Source: Camelus dromedarius (lineage: Eukaryota). From it: 64,000 bases of DNA. A model generated the notes under the pieces. It saw only the letters and a list, made by a program, of their open reading frames with translations, did not search any database and was not told the origin of the DNA. Within the stretch, counting starts at the first letter, position 1. Each line of letters opens with the position of its first letter. The translations under genes and the position numbers were made by a program. Where the stretch lies: positions 82,338,001 through 82,402,000 of the forward strand of contig NC_087436.1 of the NCBI RefSeq assembly GCF_036321535.1, given 5' to 3'. Below are positions 40,903 to 52,880 of this stretch, piece by piece.

Positions 40903-41530
40903 GAGATGATTCCCAGAGTGAATATTCAAAAAGTGCTCAGCACAGTGTCTGGCATTTGGTAAAAGCTATATAGGTATTTGTTTAATAAATATGTATGACA
41001 GTTTTATTATTTCCTTATAACAAGTCTATATTTAGATTGTCACAGTAACTTAGTAAGAAGAGAATTTCAGAAGAAATAGCTATAACATATGCAAGGCCCA
41101 CTTTTGCATTTTCACTATTTCTCCCATTTTCTTCTTTTTTTCCCCAAAGAGAGTTATTTTGATCCATTTAATTGTGGGAGAGGAGGGCTATGATTCAATC
41201 ATTTATCTTTTTTAAGGTTTTTTGGTGTGTGAACTTGTTTTGTTGGACACATAATTTTGTGTTCATCCTTAATGTTTTTTTTTTCACCAGCATTTTTGGA
41301 CTGAACCATAGGGGCATAGGAGATTTACTGAAGAAGTGGCCTTTGAGGTATTTTTATTTATTCCTCTAGCTCAGATGACCAGAGGGACCAAAACAAATAG
41401 AGTATGCTGGTTCCAAGATTGGTAGTGAGTCCCTGCCGCCCAAAACACTGGCATGCCTTTAAAACTGGAAGCTTTTCATTTTAGATGAGGCTGTAACTGA
41501 TTTTTATTTTGTAGCAGGAAGCTTTTATTC

Positions 41531-41798
41531 TTTTTTTTTTTTTCCTGGTAGGAATCTTGTAGTTTTATTTCTTTTAAACATTAAAAAAAAATTTCCTAAG
41601 ACACAAAATCATCGATCTGGAATGTAGATTCTGAGCACAAAGCAGCTCAGTTCACCTAAAAAATAAAGAAAAATATTCCCATCACCTGTCTCAGTAGGGT
41701 ATGAAAGGAGAGAAGTTGTGTGGGGAACTCCTGCTTTGGTATGGAGAGTCACCACCCCTTGACCCAGACCGAGACCATGAGGAGCCATAGCTGTTGAA
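41531..41798 (-). pseudogene. 5'-truncated processed retrocopy of an mRNA 3'UTR (parent uncertain)
   Basis: T13 tract 41531-41543; AATAAA on the minus strand at 41569-41564, 20 nt from the tail; imperfect TSD gaagcttttatt / gaaactttcatt; body does not resemble a TE. Confidence 0.7.
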
Positions 41799-42002
41799 GA
41801 AACTTTCATTGTTGATAAAGATCTGCTTGTTGCTCATTATGCATCATTATCATTGGCTCTGAAGTAATGTTTATGAAAAAGCATATTCCAGTTTTTCTTC
41901 CAGGAGCATTTTACTAGATCTTAAAGCAGTTTAATTTTTTTTTTTAAAGCCATAGGATATATTCTAATTTTAAAATATTTTTATTTATTAAAACCCAATT
42001 TG

Positions 42003-43220
42003 GGGTGGGAAGGGATGAATTGGGAGTTTAAGATTTGTAGATAATTCCAAAAATGGGCAGAAGACCTAAACAAGCAAGTCTCCAAGGAAGAAATACAAAT
42101 GATCAATAGGCACATGAAAAAATGCTCAATATCACTAATTATCAGAGAAATGCAAATCAAAACTACAATGAGGTATCACCTCACACCAGTCAGAATGGCC
42201 ATCATTCAAAAATCCACAAATGACAAATGCTGGAGAGGCTGTGGAGAAAAGGGAACCCTCCTACACTGCTGGTGGGAATGCAGTTTGGTGTAGCCACTGT
42301 GGAAAACAGTGTGGAGATTCCTCAAAAGACTAGGAATAGACTTACCATATGACCCAGTTATCCCACTCCTGGGCATATATCCAGAAGGAACCCTACTTCA
42401 AAATGACACCTGTACCCCAATGTTCATAGCAGCACTATTTACAATAGCCAAGACATGGAAACAGCCTAAATGTCCATCAACAGATGACTGGATAAAGAAG
42501 TGGTGGTATATTTATACAATGGAATACTATTCAGCCATAAAAACCAACAACATAACGCCATTTGCAGCAACATGGATGTCCCTGGAGAATGTCATTCTAA
42601 GTGAAGTAAGCCAGAAAGAGAAAGAAAAATACCATATGAGATCACTCATATGTGGAATCTAAAAAAAAAAAAAAAAAAGAAGAACATAAATACAAAAGAG
42701 AAACAGACTCATAGACATAGAATACAAACTTGTGGTTGCCAGGGGGGAGGCGGGTGGGAAGGGACAGACTGGGAGTTTGAAATTTGTTGATACTGACAGG
42801 CATATGTAGAATAAATAAACAAGATTGTATTGTATAGCACAGGTAAATATATACAAGATCTTGTGGTAGCTCACAGCAAAAAACAATGTGACAGTGAATA
42901 TAAGTATATTCGTGTATAACTGAAAAATTATGCTCTACACTAGAAATTGACACAACATTGTGAACTGACTATAACTCAATAAAAAAAAAGATTTGCAGAG
43001 ACTAACTAATACATGTAAATTAGATAAACAACAACTTCAAACTGTATAGCACAGGGAACTATATTCAATATCTTGTAGTAATTTATGGTGAAAAGAATGT
43101 GAAAATGAATATATGTATGTTCATGTATGACTGAATCATTGTGCTGTACATCAGAAATTGACACAACATTGTAAACGGACTATACTCCAATAAAATATGT
43201 ATATATATACACAAAAAAAT
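42003..43220 (+). mobile_element. L1 3' end (42003-42041 and 42988-43220) interrupted by a younger L1
   Basis: Outer TSD cccaatttg 41994-42002 / 43221-43229. Confidence 0.85.
42042..42987 (+). mobile_element. Young 5'-truncated L1 (ORF2 C-terminus and 3'UTR)
   Basis: ORFs 42099-42293 and 42309-42662 are well-preserved ORF2 C-terminal sequence; TSD aagatttg(t/c)aga 42030-42041 / 42988-42999. Confidence 0.93.
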
Positions 43221-43348
43221 CCCAATTTGTTTTCCTAACATCTCATTTTTTTTTGTTTATTAATTACAATTACTACACCCCCCAAATTCCAGATCTAGTA
43301 ACTATAAAAAACAATCTCATGGACTAAGAAGGAAGTTTCTTGTAGAAG

Positions 43349-44389
43349 CAGTCCTCTCCGCTTAGTACCATGGGTCCATGAAAATGACTAGGCTTGCTCA
43401 AATCATGCAAAGCAATCTTCATCATCAATGGGAATAATTACACTTGTTCTGTGACCTTCTGCCAAAATATTAAAAACTGCTTCACTGTTGGTTATGAATG
43501 TATATATAAGAAAGTGAAAAAATAGTAAAACTAATATTTATTTAGTAGACTGTAATTTAAAACATGAGACACATTGAGAATTTAAATGTTTATTTGTAAG
43601 AAACTTGCCACAAGTAGTTTGAATAGTGCTTGCCTTCTTATCATAACTTATGATACCAAGTGAGCGTCTTTTCTGTACTTTGGCTGACTCTCATACTCCT
43701 TTCTAAGTCTGAATCAGCTCCCAATATTTCATCCTTTGTGCCATCAATGTTGTAAAATATCTCCAAGAGTTGCTTTGATGAAAAGTTTTTTACTATTGTC
43801 ATTTCCCCTGGGACATCTTTATCCTTTTTGTTACAACTGCTTTTCTCATTTTTGTTGGTTAGTTTGTCTTCACTAAGTTTCTCTGGCTGCAAATGTAATG
43901 TCAACATTCCCATGGTCCACTCTTTATAACTCATTTTATGTTTGGTTTGAGTTTTATATTTAGTGATACCATTTTTTATTTCTTTGATGTACCTTCATTT
44001 TTCTTGACCAATTCCCTCTTTTGATGATCCATTTTTGTAAAATTTCACGGGGATTTATCACTGGGATACAAGAGGGGACCACACAACTGCGTTTTTGCTG
44101 TCTGTGTGTGAACTGAATTCCAGATGTGCAGTGACCAGTCACTGACAGTGTGACTAGTCATTCCTTTGAAAGGAGTGACATGACTGGTCAATGATCTTGT
44201 GTGCATCTGTTATTAACATAGTGATTTGTGGACTAAAGAGCAAGCAGTGAAGTTGATATTTGACATAATTACTCAGTTCCTATACCACAGTAACAGAGAT
44301 TGGAACTATGTTGTTGGGGGATGGTGTTATTTAACTACACTGTGGTAACTGAATTTTGTGAATATCAGAACCATGCGAAGTGAAGACTG
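43349..44389 (-). mobile_element. TcMar-Tigger internally deleted element with a transposase remnant
   Basis: Ends cagtcctc / gtgaagactg followed by TA; ORF 43641-43934 (KNFSSKQLLEIFYNIDGTKDEILGADSDLERSM) resembles the Tigger transposase C-terminus. Confidence 0.7.
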
Positions 44390-44529
44390 TATATAACTTG
44401 TGTGCTTCCTGCAGTATAATTTCAGGGATGTTAAAGCAGTGGCTCTCAACATATTGCCCGAACGATCATTCTAGAACACTTATTTGATGACATCATTCCT
44501 CTGCTAAAGATCCTTGAGTGACTTTTTGT

Positions 44530-44895
44530 ACAAGATTGTGAAAGTCACCACAGTCCTTCAACTTCCCTGTAGCCAGGCCCCTTACAATATGGCTTTTGAA
44601 CTCCTCCCTTCAGGAGGTGAAGTCTGTGTCCTCTCTCCTCGAGTCTTGGTTGAGCTTGTGACTTGCTTTGGCCAGTGGGATGCAGTGATGGTATGCCAGT
44701 GCTTTCTACACTTCTCAGTCTCTTGCTACCCTCCTCTCTGGATAAACCCATGAGTGAACTTAGCTGGGATCAGAATTGTCCATCTAAACTTACCTCGAAG
44801 TGCCCACCCACAGACTCATGAGCTAAGCAAATATCTTTGTTGGAAGCCATTAAACTTTGGAGTGGTTCATTATGTACCAATAAGTAACTAAGTAT
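44530..44895 (+). mobile_element. MaLR solo LTR (MLT1-type)
   Basis: cttgtgacttgctttggcca...aagccattaaactttggagtggttcattatg...taactaa. Confidence 0.7.
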
Positions 44896-47800
44896 CCCAA
44901 TGCTTATAGGACCAATTCTGACCACAAGGCTGACCACAAGGCTAGGGCTTGGACACCCCTAGCAACAGAGAACGTCCCATCTTTACTAGTTACTTTCTCT
45001 ACTTTTGTATAATATGAGATTAAAAACAAAACAAAATGCCCAAAAGGTGGCACTGGTGATTATAGCTATCAAATCTTTGAATAGCACTATTTTTGAAAGT
45101 TATTTCTCTCTAGTAACTGAAATCTATTACCCTGCGGTTTCTATTCATTGGACTCAATTTTACTTTTCAGGGGTACATAAGACAATCTAAATCTCTCTTC
45201 TACATCGATGCCCTTCAAACACTAAAGATAGCATTTGTGTGCCTCATAAGTCCTTGCCTCTTCATGCTAAATATTTCTAATACTGACTGACATGTAACTT
45301 TCTCTCAAGATTCTTGTCATTTCTATCTCACCAGCAAATTTTTCCCCATTGGTCAGAGTCTGTCATAGAGTAGCAATTCTCCTTGTCACCTCCTTTACAT
45401 AATAGAACTGTCAGGAAATTTTCAAATCATTGCTTTTCAGCTGATTCAAGTACAGTGATTTCATAATCTGCCTTTGGAAAGCCTCCTTTTTCTTTTACTC
45501 CATCTGGCTTGTCATACCAGGTACTCTTTAGACATGATCCTAAAACTTTCAAGGACAGAAAAAAGTTCGAAAAGGCCAGGATTCAAGTGATTACACTTGC
45601 TGGGCATAAATTGGGACTATTCTAGAATCTTTTGTACCCAGTGTTCTTGTTTTAGGTGGACTTTTATCTTTGGGGAAAGACCTGTTACATCTCACATATT
45701 GTTTATGTTGATTGAATGTTGCTATTTGAACCTCTAAGCCTATAAATATTGATTTACATCTGGATGCCCTCTCTTTACCTCTTGGGTCCGGCCCCAAGGC
45801 TGTGGAGTCCTCATCTAGGACAGTAGGAGATGCTTCTGCTGGAGAGCTGTGCAAAGTAAGTAATGCCCTGTGCTAGGACAGAGTGGCAGAGCAGAGACCA
45901 GAAGCAGGGACCCAAGTCTGCTGAATATGTAGAGACAGCCAAGAATCAAACTTGGGAAGACGTGGGTTTCTTAGGTAAATGACCTACATATTAGAACACC
46001 GTTTATTGGTTAGTGAGGGTGTAATGCGTGTATGTGTAATTAGCCACTAGGGTCCAGGGTGAACAAGGGAAAGGGAGCTACTTTTGCATCTGCTCCCAAA
46101 TCTGAAGTGGTATACCTCTTTACCCTGGTTTAGGGGAGGAGAGGAGGTCCTTCAGCTTGGCTTCTTACATTGATTTTTTGCTTAAATTGCTATTAGAGTA
46201 ATACCTTCCAACTGGTCCTGTTTTCCAAATTGTGTTTCCTACCACCTTGTTGCAACTCTCACAGCAAAAGTCCTTTGAGTACTAACATGTACATGGGGGA
46301 CTCTTCAAATCCCCATCTGTGCATAGCCCCCAAACTGGCATATGACTGGTCGTAGTTTTCTTTTGAACTCTGGCCAGCATTTTGTCACCAATATAAATAC
46401 ATTGGCGTCTTTGAGTCCATGCTAATTCCCAAGGCTGGAGCCTGTACATTGGGTTAATTACCATCCTTTCTCTATGTCAGTGGTATGTTCTCCTTACAAC
46501 TTCAAGTCTCTGCTCCCTTCTAAATGCTTCCAATTAATGGTAATATGCAGTCTAGACCAGAGTTCTTCATATCTGTCTGATCTTCAGCCACACAGAAGCC
46601 ATTCAGTTAGAAAATCCTTTTTAGGTAGGTAAATTAGGATAAGGGCTGGGGTGAATATCAATATATAGCCCCCTATGTCATCAGGAGTTCCTTGGACTTT
46701 TGCATTCCAAGAAGGTCATGTGGCACTGGGTAAGTATGGGTCTCTGTCTGAAACATTCTCTCTTCAATTATATCTCCCTTAACTCTCACTCTCCCCACCC
46801 TGGCCTGTAATCACCATCTCAGTAATTTCCCTAATTTCCCTGTGACACTGTTGAATTCCAAAGGCCCTCAGAGGTTATGCTCTGTTAGGGTCTATGCCTT
46901 TCCCATCACTAGGTGTCTAATTCAGTAATAACAGTGAGAGGCATACCTGATTCTAAAATGATTTCATCTGAGATCAAACTGAGTTTTCTACCTTAATTCC
47001 AAACAGCCTGGATTGGTTTAAAAACAAAATAACAAAATAAAACAAAAAACTTGTCACCTCTATGCCATTTGGACACCTGGTCTCTGAACTCTGAAAGAGT
47101 TGGCTAAAGTTGGCTCAAAGCCCTGACATCATGGTCTGTGAGGTCTGGTGATCTCCTGGTTCCTCACACTTCTCTCTGCGTTCACCATTCCCCTTCCCTT
47201 CAGGCAATCTCTGATCAGTCCCGTGACATCCTGGAGATGAAATCTGGATATTCACCATTTTCTACTCATGAGCGTCGAGCCTTTCAGGATTTTTTTCCTG
47301 CAGATCTGCATGAAGAATGTTGATGGTGGTCTCGAAAAGATGTCACATTGTAGGTTTTTGCCATCCTCCTTCCACCACCCCACTCCCCTCTTTGCTTCCC
47401 TTTTCTCTCTCTTGCTGTTCTGAAACAACCAGAAAATCCATTCTCTTGTCTTACAGAGGGCTTTCTACCCATATTCAGACTCCCTCAATTTCGCAGTAAT
47501 CAGCATACACAGGTTTGACGAGGCATTTCTTTTGTACAAATACAGTATTCTCCGTGAAGGGAATTCTGGTGAATCCAATTTTTTCACTTCATTTCACTAG
47601 AAAAATAGATTTTTGAAAGGTCTCATTGTGGCAGGAACTATTTACAGTGCTATATTTGGGGAGGTGGTAATATTTCATCTTTACTTTTGTAGTCTATCTC
47701 TTAAGTTGGTGTTGCCAAAGAGCTTCGAACAGCACAGGCTAGAATAATTTTGACAGGCTCCTAAGACAGAGAAACTCACAAGGGTGACTGGGTAATGCTT

Positions 47801-48923
47801 TCTACTTGCATCGCCTTTCTTTAAGACTCTAAATTGATGAAGACTTTCAGCTGGTGTAATTAGCTGGTATTTCTCTGTTGCGATGCCAAGCAAAGCTGAG
47901 ATACACTCTGCCTTCCTCCTTCACCATTCTCTTTATTCCTGCTAACCTGCTTATCTCTTTAAGCAGATTGTTTGAAAAGAAGGAGGAGGGAAGGAGAAGG
48001 AGCAGGAGGAAGAGGTAAGAGAAGAGGAGGGAGAAGAAGGGCTACTTCAACCTTGTTTCTGTTTCCCCTTTCTTGCTACAAAGGCAGTCTGAAGCTCTGG
48101 AGCTCTCCTGCTCCCGTGGAGGACACCACATATGCTCTGAAAGAAAATTTCCATTTGATACACACTGTTAAGCATGATTTTAGTAAGTGAAAGGGAGGAC
48201 AAACTATTAATAGGATACATGGGTAAGAATGGATTATAAGAAAATACATTCTTTTCTTCTTTGCACCATTAATCATCGAGGGGAGGAAAGGAGGTTCTGT
48301 CCTTTTGCTTTATTCCATTATTTCTCTTTCTTGGAGAATCTCTGTGTTTTACTTATTTCATCAAAGTTTAAATGAAGAAATGGAAAGAATAGTACTCTTT
48401 TACTTCAAATACTTACAGAATTTACTGAGTTAGTTTTCTGGTCCAGTAGTAAATCCATTCCAGATGGGGCTTCAAAGAGTTACTTGCCCACGTTTTATAT
48501 AATAAAATGACAAAAATTGCCAAATCAGAAAATCCTGTTTAATGCACATGCTGTCTCTTGTTCTCTGTCTTTCTCCCCCATCTCTCTTTGTTTTTAATAC
48601 TTTATAAATATTTAACATTGTTTCTTCTCTCTCTCTCTCTCTTTTTTTTGATACCATGGATTTTATACCACTTCCTCTTTAAGAAGGAAAAAGAATATGA
48701 GTACTAATCCTGCTGCCAAATGACTCAGAGTTTCCTTGCAAACATGCCTGCCATCACATGTAGAAATGAGGAACAGAAGGCAGATCAGAACCTTATGCCT
48801 ACTTAATGATTTACTGTAGACCCACTGCCTAAATTGCTTTAGGCACTTCCTGATTGCTTTTGATTCCACAGTCATGGACCAGTACTTACTTGCATGGATG
48901 ACTTATTCCTTTGCCCTTCCTTC

Positions 48924-48952
48924 AGATTCAGAAGATTCAGAAGATTCAGAAG
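48924..48952. repeat. 9-bp tandem repeat (agattcaga) x3
   Basis: agattcagaagattcagaagattcagaag. Confidence 0.9.
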
Positions 48953-49129
48953 AGTGCCTGAACTGGCCAGAGAGGTCCATTTTTTGTTGTTAAAGAAAAT
49001 AGATTTATTGAGCAATTATTTTTATATTTTATTACATACTTTTTGACAACTCCTCTAAGTAGCATCAATTTTTAACTACCTGCCTTCTTATAATTTAAAT
49101 TTTTATGAGAGAAATACATATACTCAGAT

Positions 49130-50830
49130 TTTAATAAGGCTTGTGATGAAAACCAGCATTTGCTACCACAGAAATCCCCACCACCTTTCTTCTCACTGGA
49201 AGAAACATTTGTTTCAATTTACTCTTCAGGTATGTCCTTCCATGTTTCTAAATAACGTGTTCATACTACTATTTCTTGAGGTTTTTTTCCCTCCCGTTTT
49301 ACACATTCCCAATTCTACAAAGTAACCATCCTACACTTCCAACAGCTTCTCTCTAAACTTGCATAATCTCCCACCCTCTTTCCTCCCAATATCCTCATAT
49401 GAGCCTTTTAAATTAAATAAATATTGAGAATTTACATTATTATGGCTGTGTAAGCATTATTAACACGTGAACCATGTATCATACTATGATTACATTTCCT
49501 TTCCTGTACAGTTTCCCGCCTAAGAGTTAAAAATTGCCTTTTTAAATACTTTTTTTAAAAGTATAGTTGATACTAGTTTATCTACCCACTCTTTATTCAT
49601 TCATAACTCTTGAGAGCAGGGTAAATCTCCTCCTAAATTATGCATCTATATCAGACAAGTTACCTGCTTTTTCTCCCCCTCCCGCGCCCTGTCCCCTCCC
49701 CTCCCCTTCCTTTTTCTGCAAACAACCATCCCCTGAAGCGCCCTACCTTCCGTTCCCATTGGGATTGGTTACTCTCCAGGTCTACTACCCAGCTCCTGTC
49801 CTGGAATTTCCTTTACCTCCTTTGTGTTGGAGTTCCTATTTCTTAGATCTTACATCTTTTTTTTTTTTTTTTTTTTAGTTTACTTTCCATTGTGTGGAGA
49901 ACCTCTTTTTGTAGCTTCCCAGGAAAGGATACACAATAGGTAAAGTTTCTGAAACCTTGAAATGTCTGAAAATGACTATATTCTACCCTTACATTGATTA
50001 ATAGTTAGGTCGGGGAATTTAATTCTGGGGAGAAAATTTCCCCTGGGATTCTGAAAACATTGTTTCATTGTTTTTCATCTTCCAGTGTGAATGTTGAGAA
50101 GCCAATTTTTTTTTTTAATTCACAGTCTTTTTTTTTTAATAAATAAGCTATTTTCTCTTTCTGGGAGATTTTAGGAGTTTTTCATCATCCCCAGTGTTCT
50201 GAAAATTCATCATGGTGTGCCTTACTGTCAACCTTTTCTATTTATTACACATGATATTCAGTGGGCTCTTTCTACCAGAGAAATTACAGCCTTCATTTCT
50301 GAGTAAGTTCTGTGAGATCAAGAATTTTACTGCTTTACTGTTTACTGCTGAATTCTCATCACCCAGCACAGGGTCTGGTATATAGAAGGTACTCGCTGAA
50401 AAGTGAACACATGAATTCATGACTAAATACATAGGGGGATTTTTTGGTAATTGTTCTTTGTTAATTCCTCCTCTCTTTCTTCTATTCTCTGGAACTCCTC
50501 TGGTTCTCCTGTTTTCTAATCTTTTTCTCTTTTCCTTTTAAACCTCTTTGTCTCTTTCTTTTAATTTCTGCGAAATTTCCTTGGCTTTATCTTCTCAAAC
50601 TTTTATTGCATTTCTAATACCTGTAATATTATGTTTAGCTTCCAAGATTTCTCCTTTTGTTTCCTAAAAGTTCCTTTTATAAAATAGCACATTTTTCTTG
50701 TTCTAAATATATCTTATCTCTTATACAGTGTCTTAAGTCTTTGAGGATATCATTATATTTATTTGCTTGGTTTACTTTAATTTCCTCAAAGTTAAGTGCA
50801 AAGGTCAGTTTGTTTCTTTCAGGTTTACCC
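49130..50830 (-). mobile_element. Ancient HAL1/L1ME-like LINE remnant
   Basis: ctgaaaacattgtttcattg...cttccagtgtgaatgttgagaagcc; T-rich, ORF1-like reverse strand. Confidence 0.6.
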
Positions 50831-51841
50831 CTCTGGGGGTTAGGTTTCAGGGTTCTCTGATCCACTGCTACTCACCACTTACCCATCTGCTCTGTATATT
50901 CTCTTCCCTGTTACAGCCTTTTCTTTTTTTATCCTGTGACTTTATACCTTTTAACATTTCCTTCATTGCCATTTTAGAGGAGTTATGAGAGGATATGGTG
51001 GTAAGTTTATGTTTTAATTGATCAGTTTAACTAGAGTGTCCAACTACATTTTCAGTGAAAAATTAAAAGGATTTATGATTAAGTAGCTTCTTCACAAAGA
51101 CTTGAGGACAGCATAAGAAAATACTCAACTGTCATGAATAGTGAAGGGTGTTATTTTTGTTTTTGGATAATAGAATACAATGTTTCAATAAACTGTCGTA
51201 GCATGTCAAACATTTTTAATATGTGAAAGATGTCCGCCTAGATTTTGTTTAAAAGTTCTAGTGAATTTTTTGAGGATTTATACAACTTTTGTGAAAAATC
51301 CCTAAGGCAAAGTCATCCTAAGGGCTTGTCTACCTGTAGTGAGGAGGAGAGAAGGAAAAAAAATAACATCTCTAAAAATTATCCTTCCAGATACATCAAA
51401 GGTAGAAACAGCAACTCAAGGGCATTGTCAATGGTACTTTCATCCCAGACTGCAAGTTTAGTCAGCAGATCATTTTGCTCCCTCTGGGAGGAGCTGTCTG
51501 CAAGGAGTTTATTGAATCAGCCTGTCACTACTCATATCCAGAAAGAAAATGAAAGGAATCATTTACAGAAGAACAGTTTAGATAAAAGTTTGCTTCCCCT
51601 TAACAATCTAAAGCAACTAATATTTAAAGCTGTGGTCTTTTGCTTTTTTAAATGGTTTACTTAAAAATAGTATGTACACAGATACTAAAAAGTCAAGTAG
51701 TGCTAAAGCCTTTTAAAAATGGGTGCTCTTCACCTCTTTTACTTCTCTTAGATCTTTCTTCTGATAGTTACATGTGTATTTCAAGAAAAAAAGATACATG
51801 ATCTTTAGATTCATCAATTTTAGATATTATTAATTGACTTC

Positions 51842-52286
51842 TGTGTTAGCCCAGACCCTCCAAGAGGCAGACACAGAAGCAAGAAATTTACTAGGGGAAG
51901 TGCCTGTGAGAAAAACTAGAGAGGGAACTGGGGGAAGGCTGGGAAATGCTGTCAGACTGCCCGCAGGTCTTACTAAGTCAGGAGACAGGGAAGGGAGAGA
52001 GATGGAGGTGGAGTCCCCTTAGACTACAGGGAAGCTCTAAGGAAAGGTCTGCAAGGCCACTAGGGAGTCCTTGAGTCACAGTCAGCCACTGGAGGAATCT
52101 CCTGTTTCTCAGGAACTGGACTTAGTGTCTCTTTCTCTCTCAGTCACTGGCTGGAGCAGCCCATGGGAAGTCTGGCCTCCACATAAATGTGGTGATGGAT
52201 TTCAAAGTGCAGCAGCTGGGCCTATGAGGTAGATATGCTCCCTGCATCTAGAGATCCAAGAGGGGACATTCTCACGCCTGCCACCA
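51842..52286. mobile_element. ERVL solo LTR (LTR16-like)
   Basis: GC-richer block tgtgttagcccagaccctccaagaggcaga...ctgccacca, with acttc at both flanks. Confidence 0.6.
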
Positions 52287-52662
52287 CTTCCAGTGTGACA
52301 GCTGAAGATTTTGTACTCTTGCAAGGACCTCCTTCCCTTTTTTCTTCCTTCCAATATAATTATATTCCAGTTTTGATTAAACCCATATTCAGCACTTTCT
52401 TTATAATCATTCTGTAAAATTTTGCCCCTTGATGAGCCACATAATGCATTATTATTATAATGTATTTATACGTTTTGTTTTTCCTAGTGTATTTATACAT
52501 TTTATTTATACGTGTTTTTCCCCACTTGCTTAGTTTTCTTTGAACTTATGGCTCAAGTTTCCCTTAATTCCCAATAGGTTTGTAAAATACCTCTTTTTTC
52601 ATTGATAAAATACCTCTTAATACAAATTTTCAATGAGTAAACTTAGCAGCAAATGCTAAGTT

Positions 52663-52880
52663 CAGGGGTGAGCTGGTAAATATTTAACAAGTAGCTCTCC
52701 TGGGGAGGGAGGGTACCAAATCCTGATTTTTAGCTTTTTCCCTTCTCCATTGTGTAAATACTCTCACCATGGCAGATTTCAAGTAGCCAATGTGATGTTA
52801 CTGAATGCAGAGATGGAAAGAGAAGCACACATTCAGCCCTTCTGAGCCCGTACCCCTGCGGTGTGCTCTGGCCCACCACG
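52663..52880. mobile_element. hAT MITE (MER63-like)
   Basis: caggggtgagctggtaaatatttaacaa...ctctggcccaccac. Confidence 0.55.

Noticed and set aside
42099..42662. L1 ORF2-like ORFs (also at 2283, 3981, 23690-24221, 30401-31044)
   Set aside because: Fragments of 5'-truncated, disrupted L1 copies, not genes
43641..43934. Possible domesticated Tigger transposase
   Set aside because: Short degenerate C-terminal remnant with no intact DNA-binding or catalytic domain
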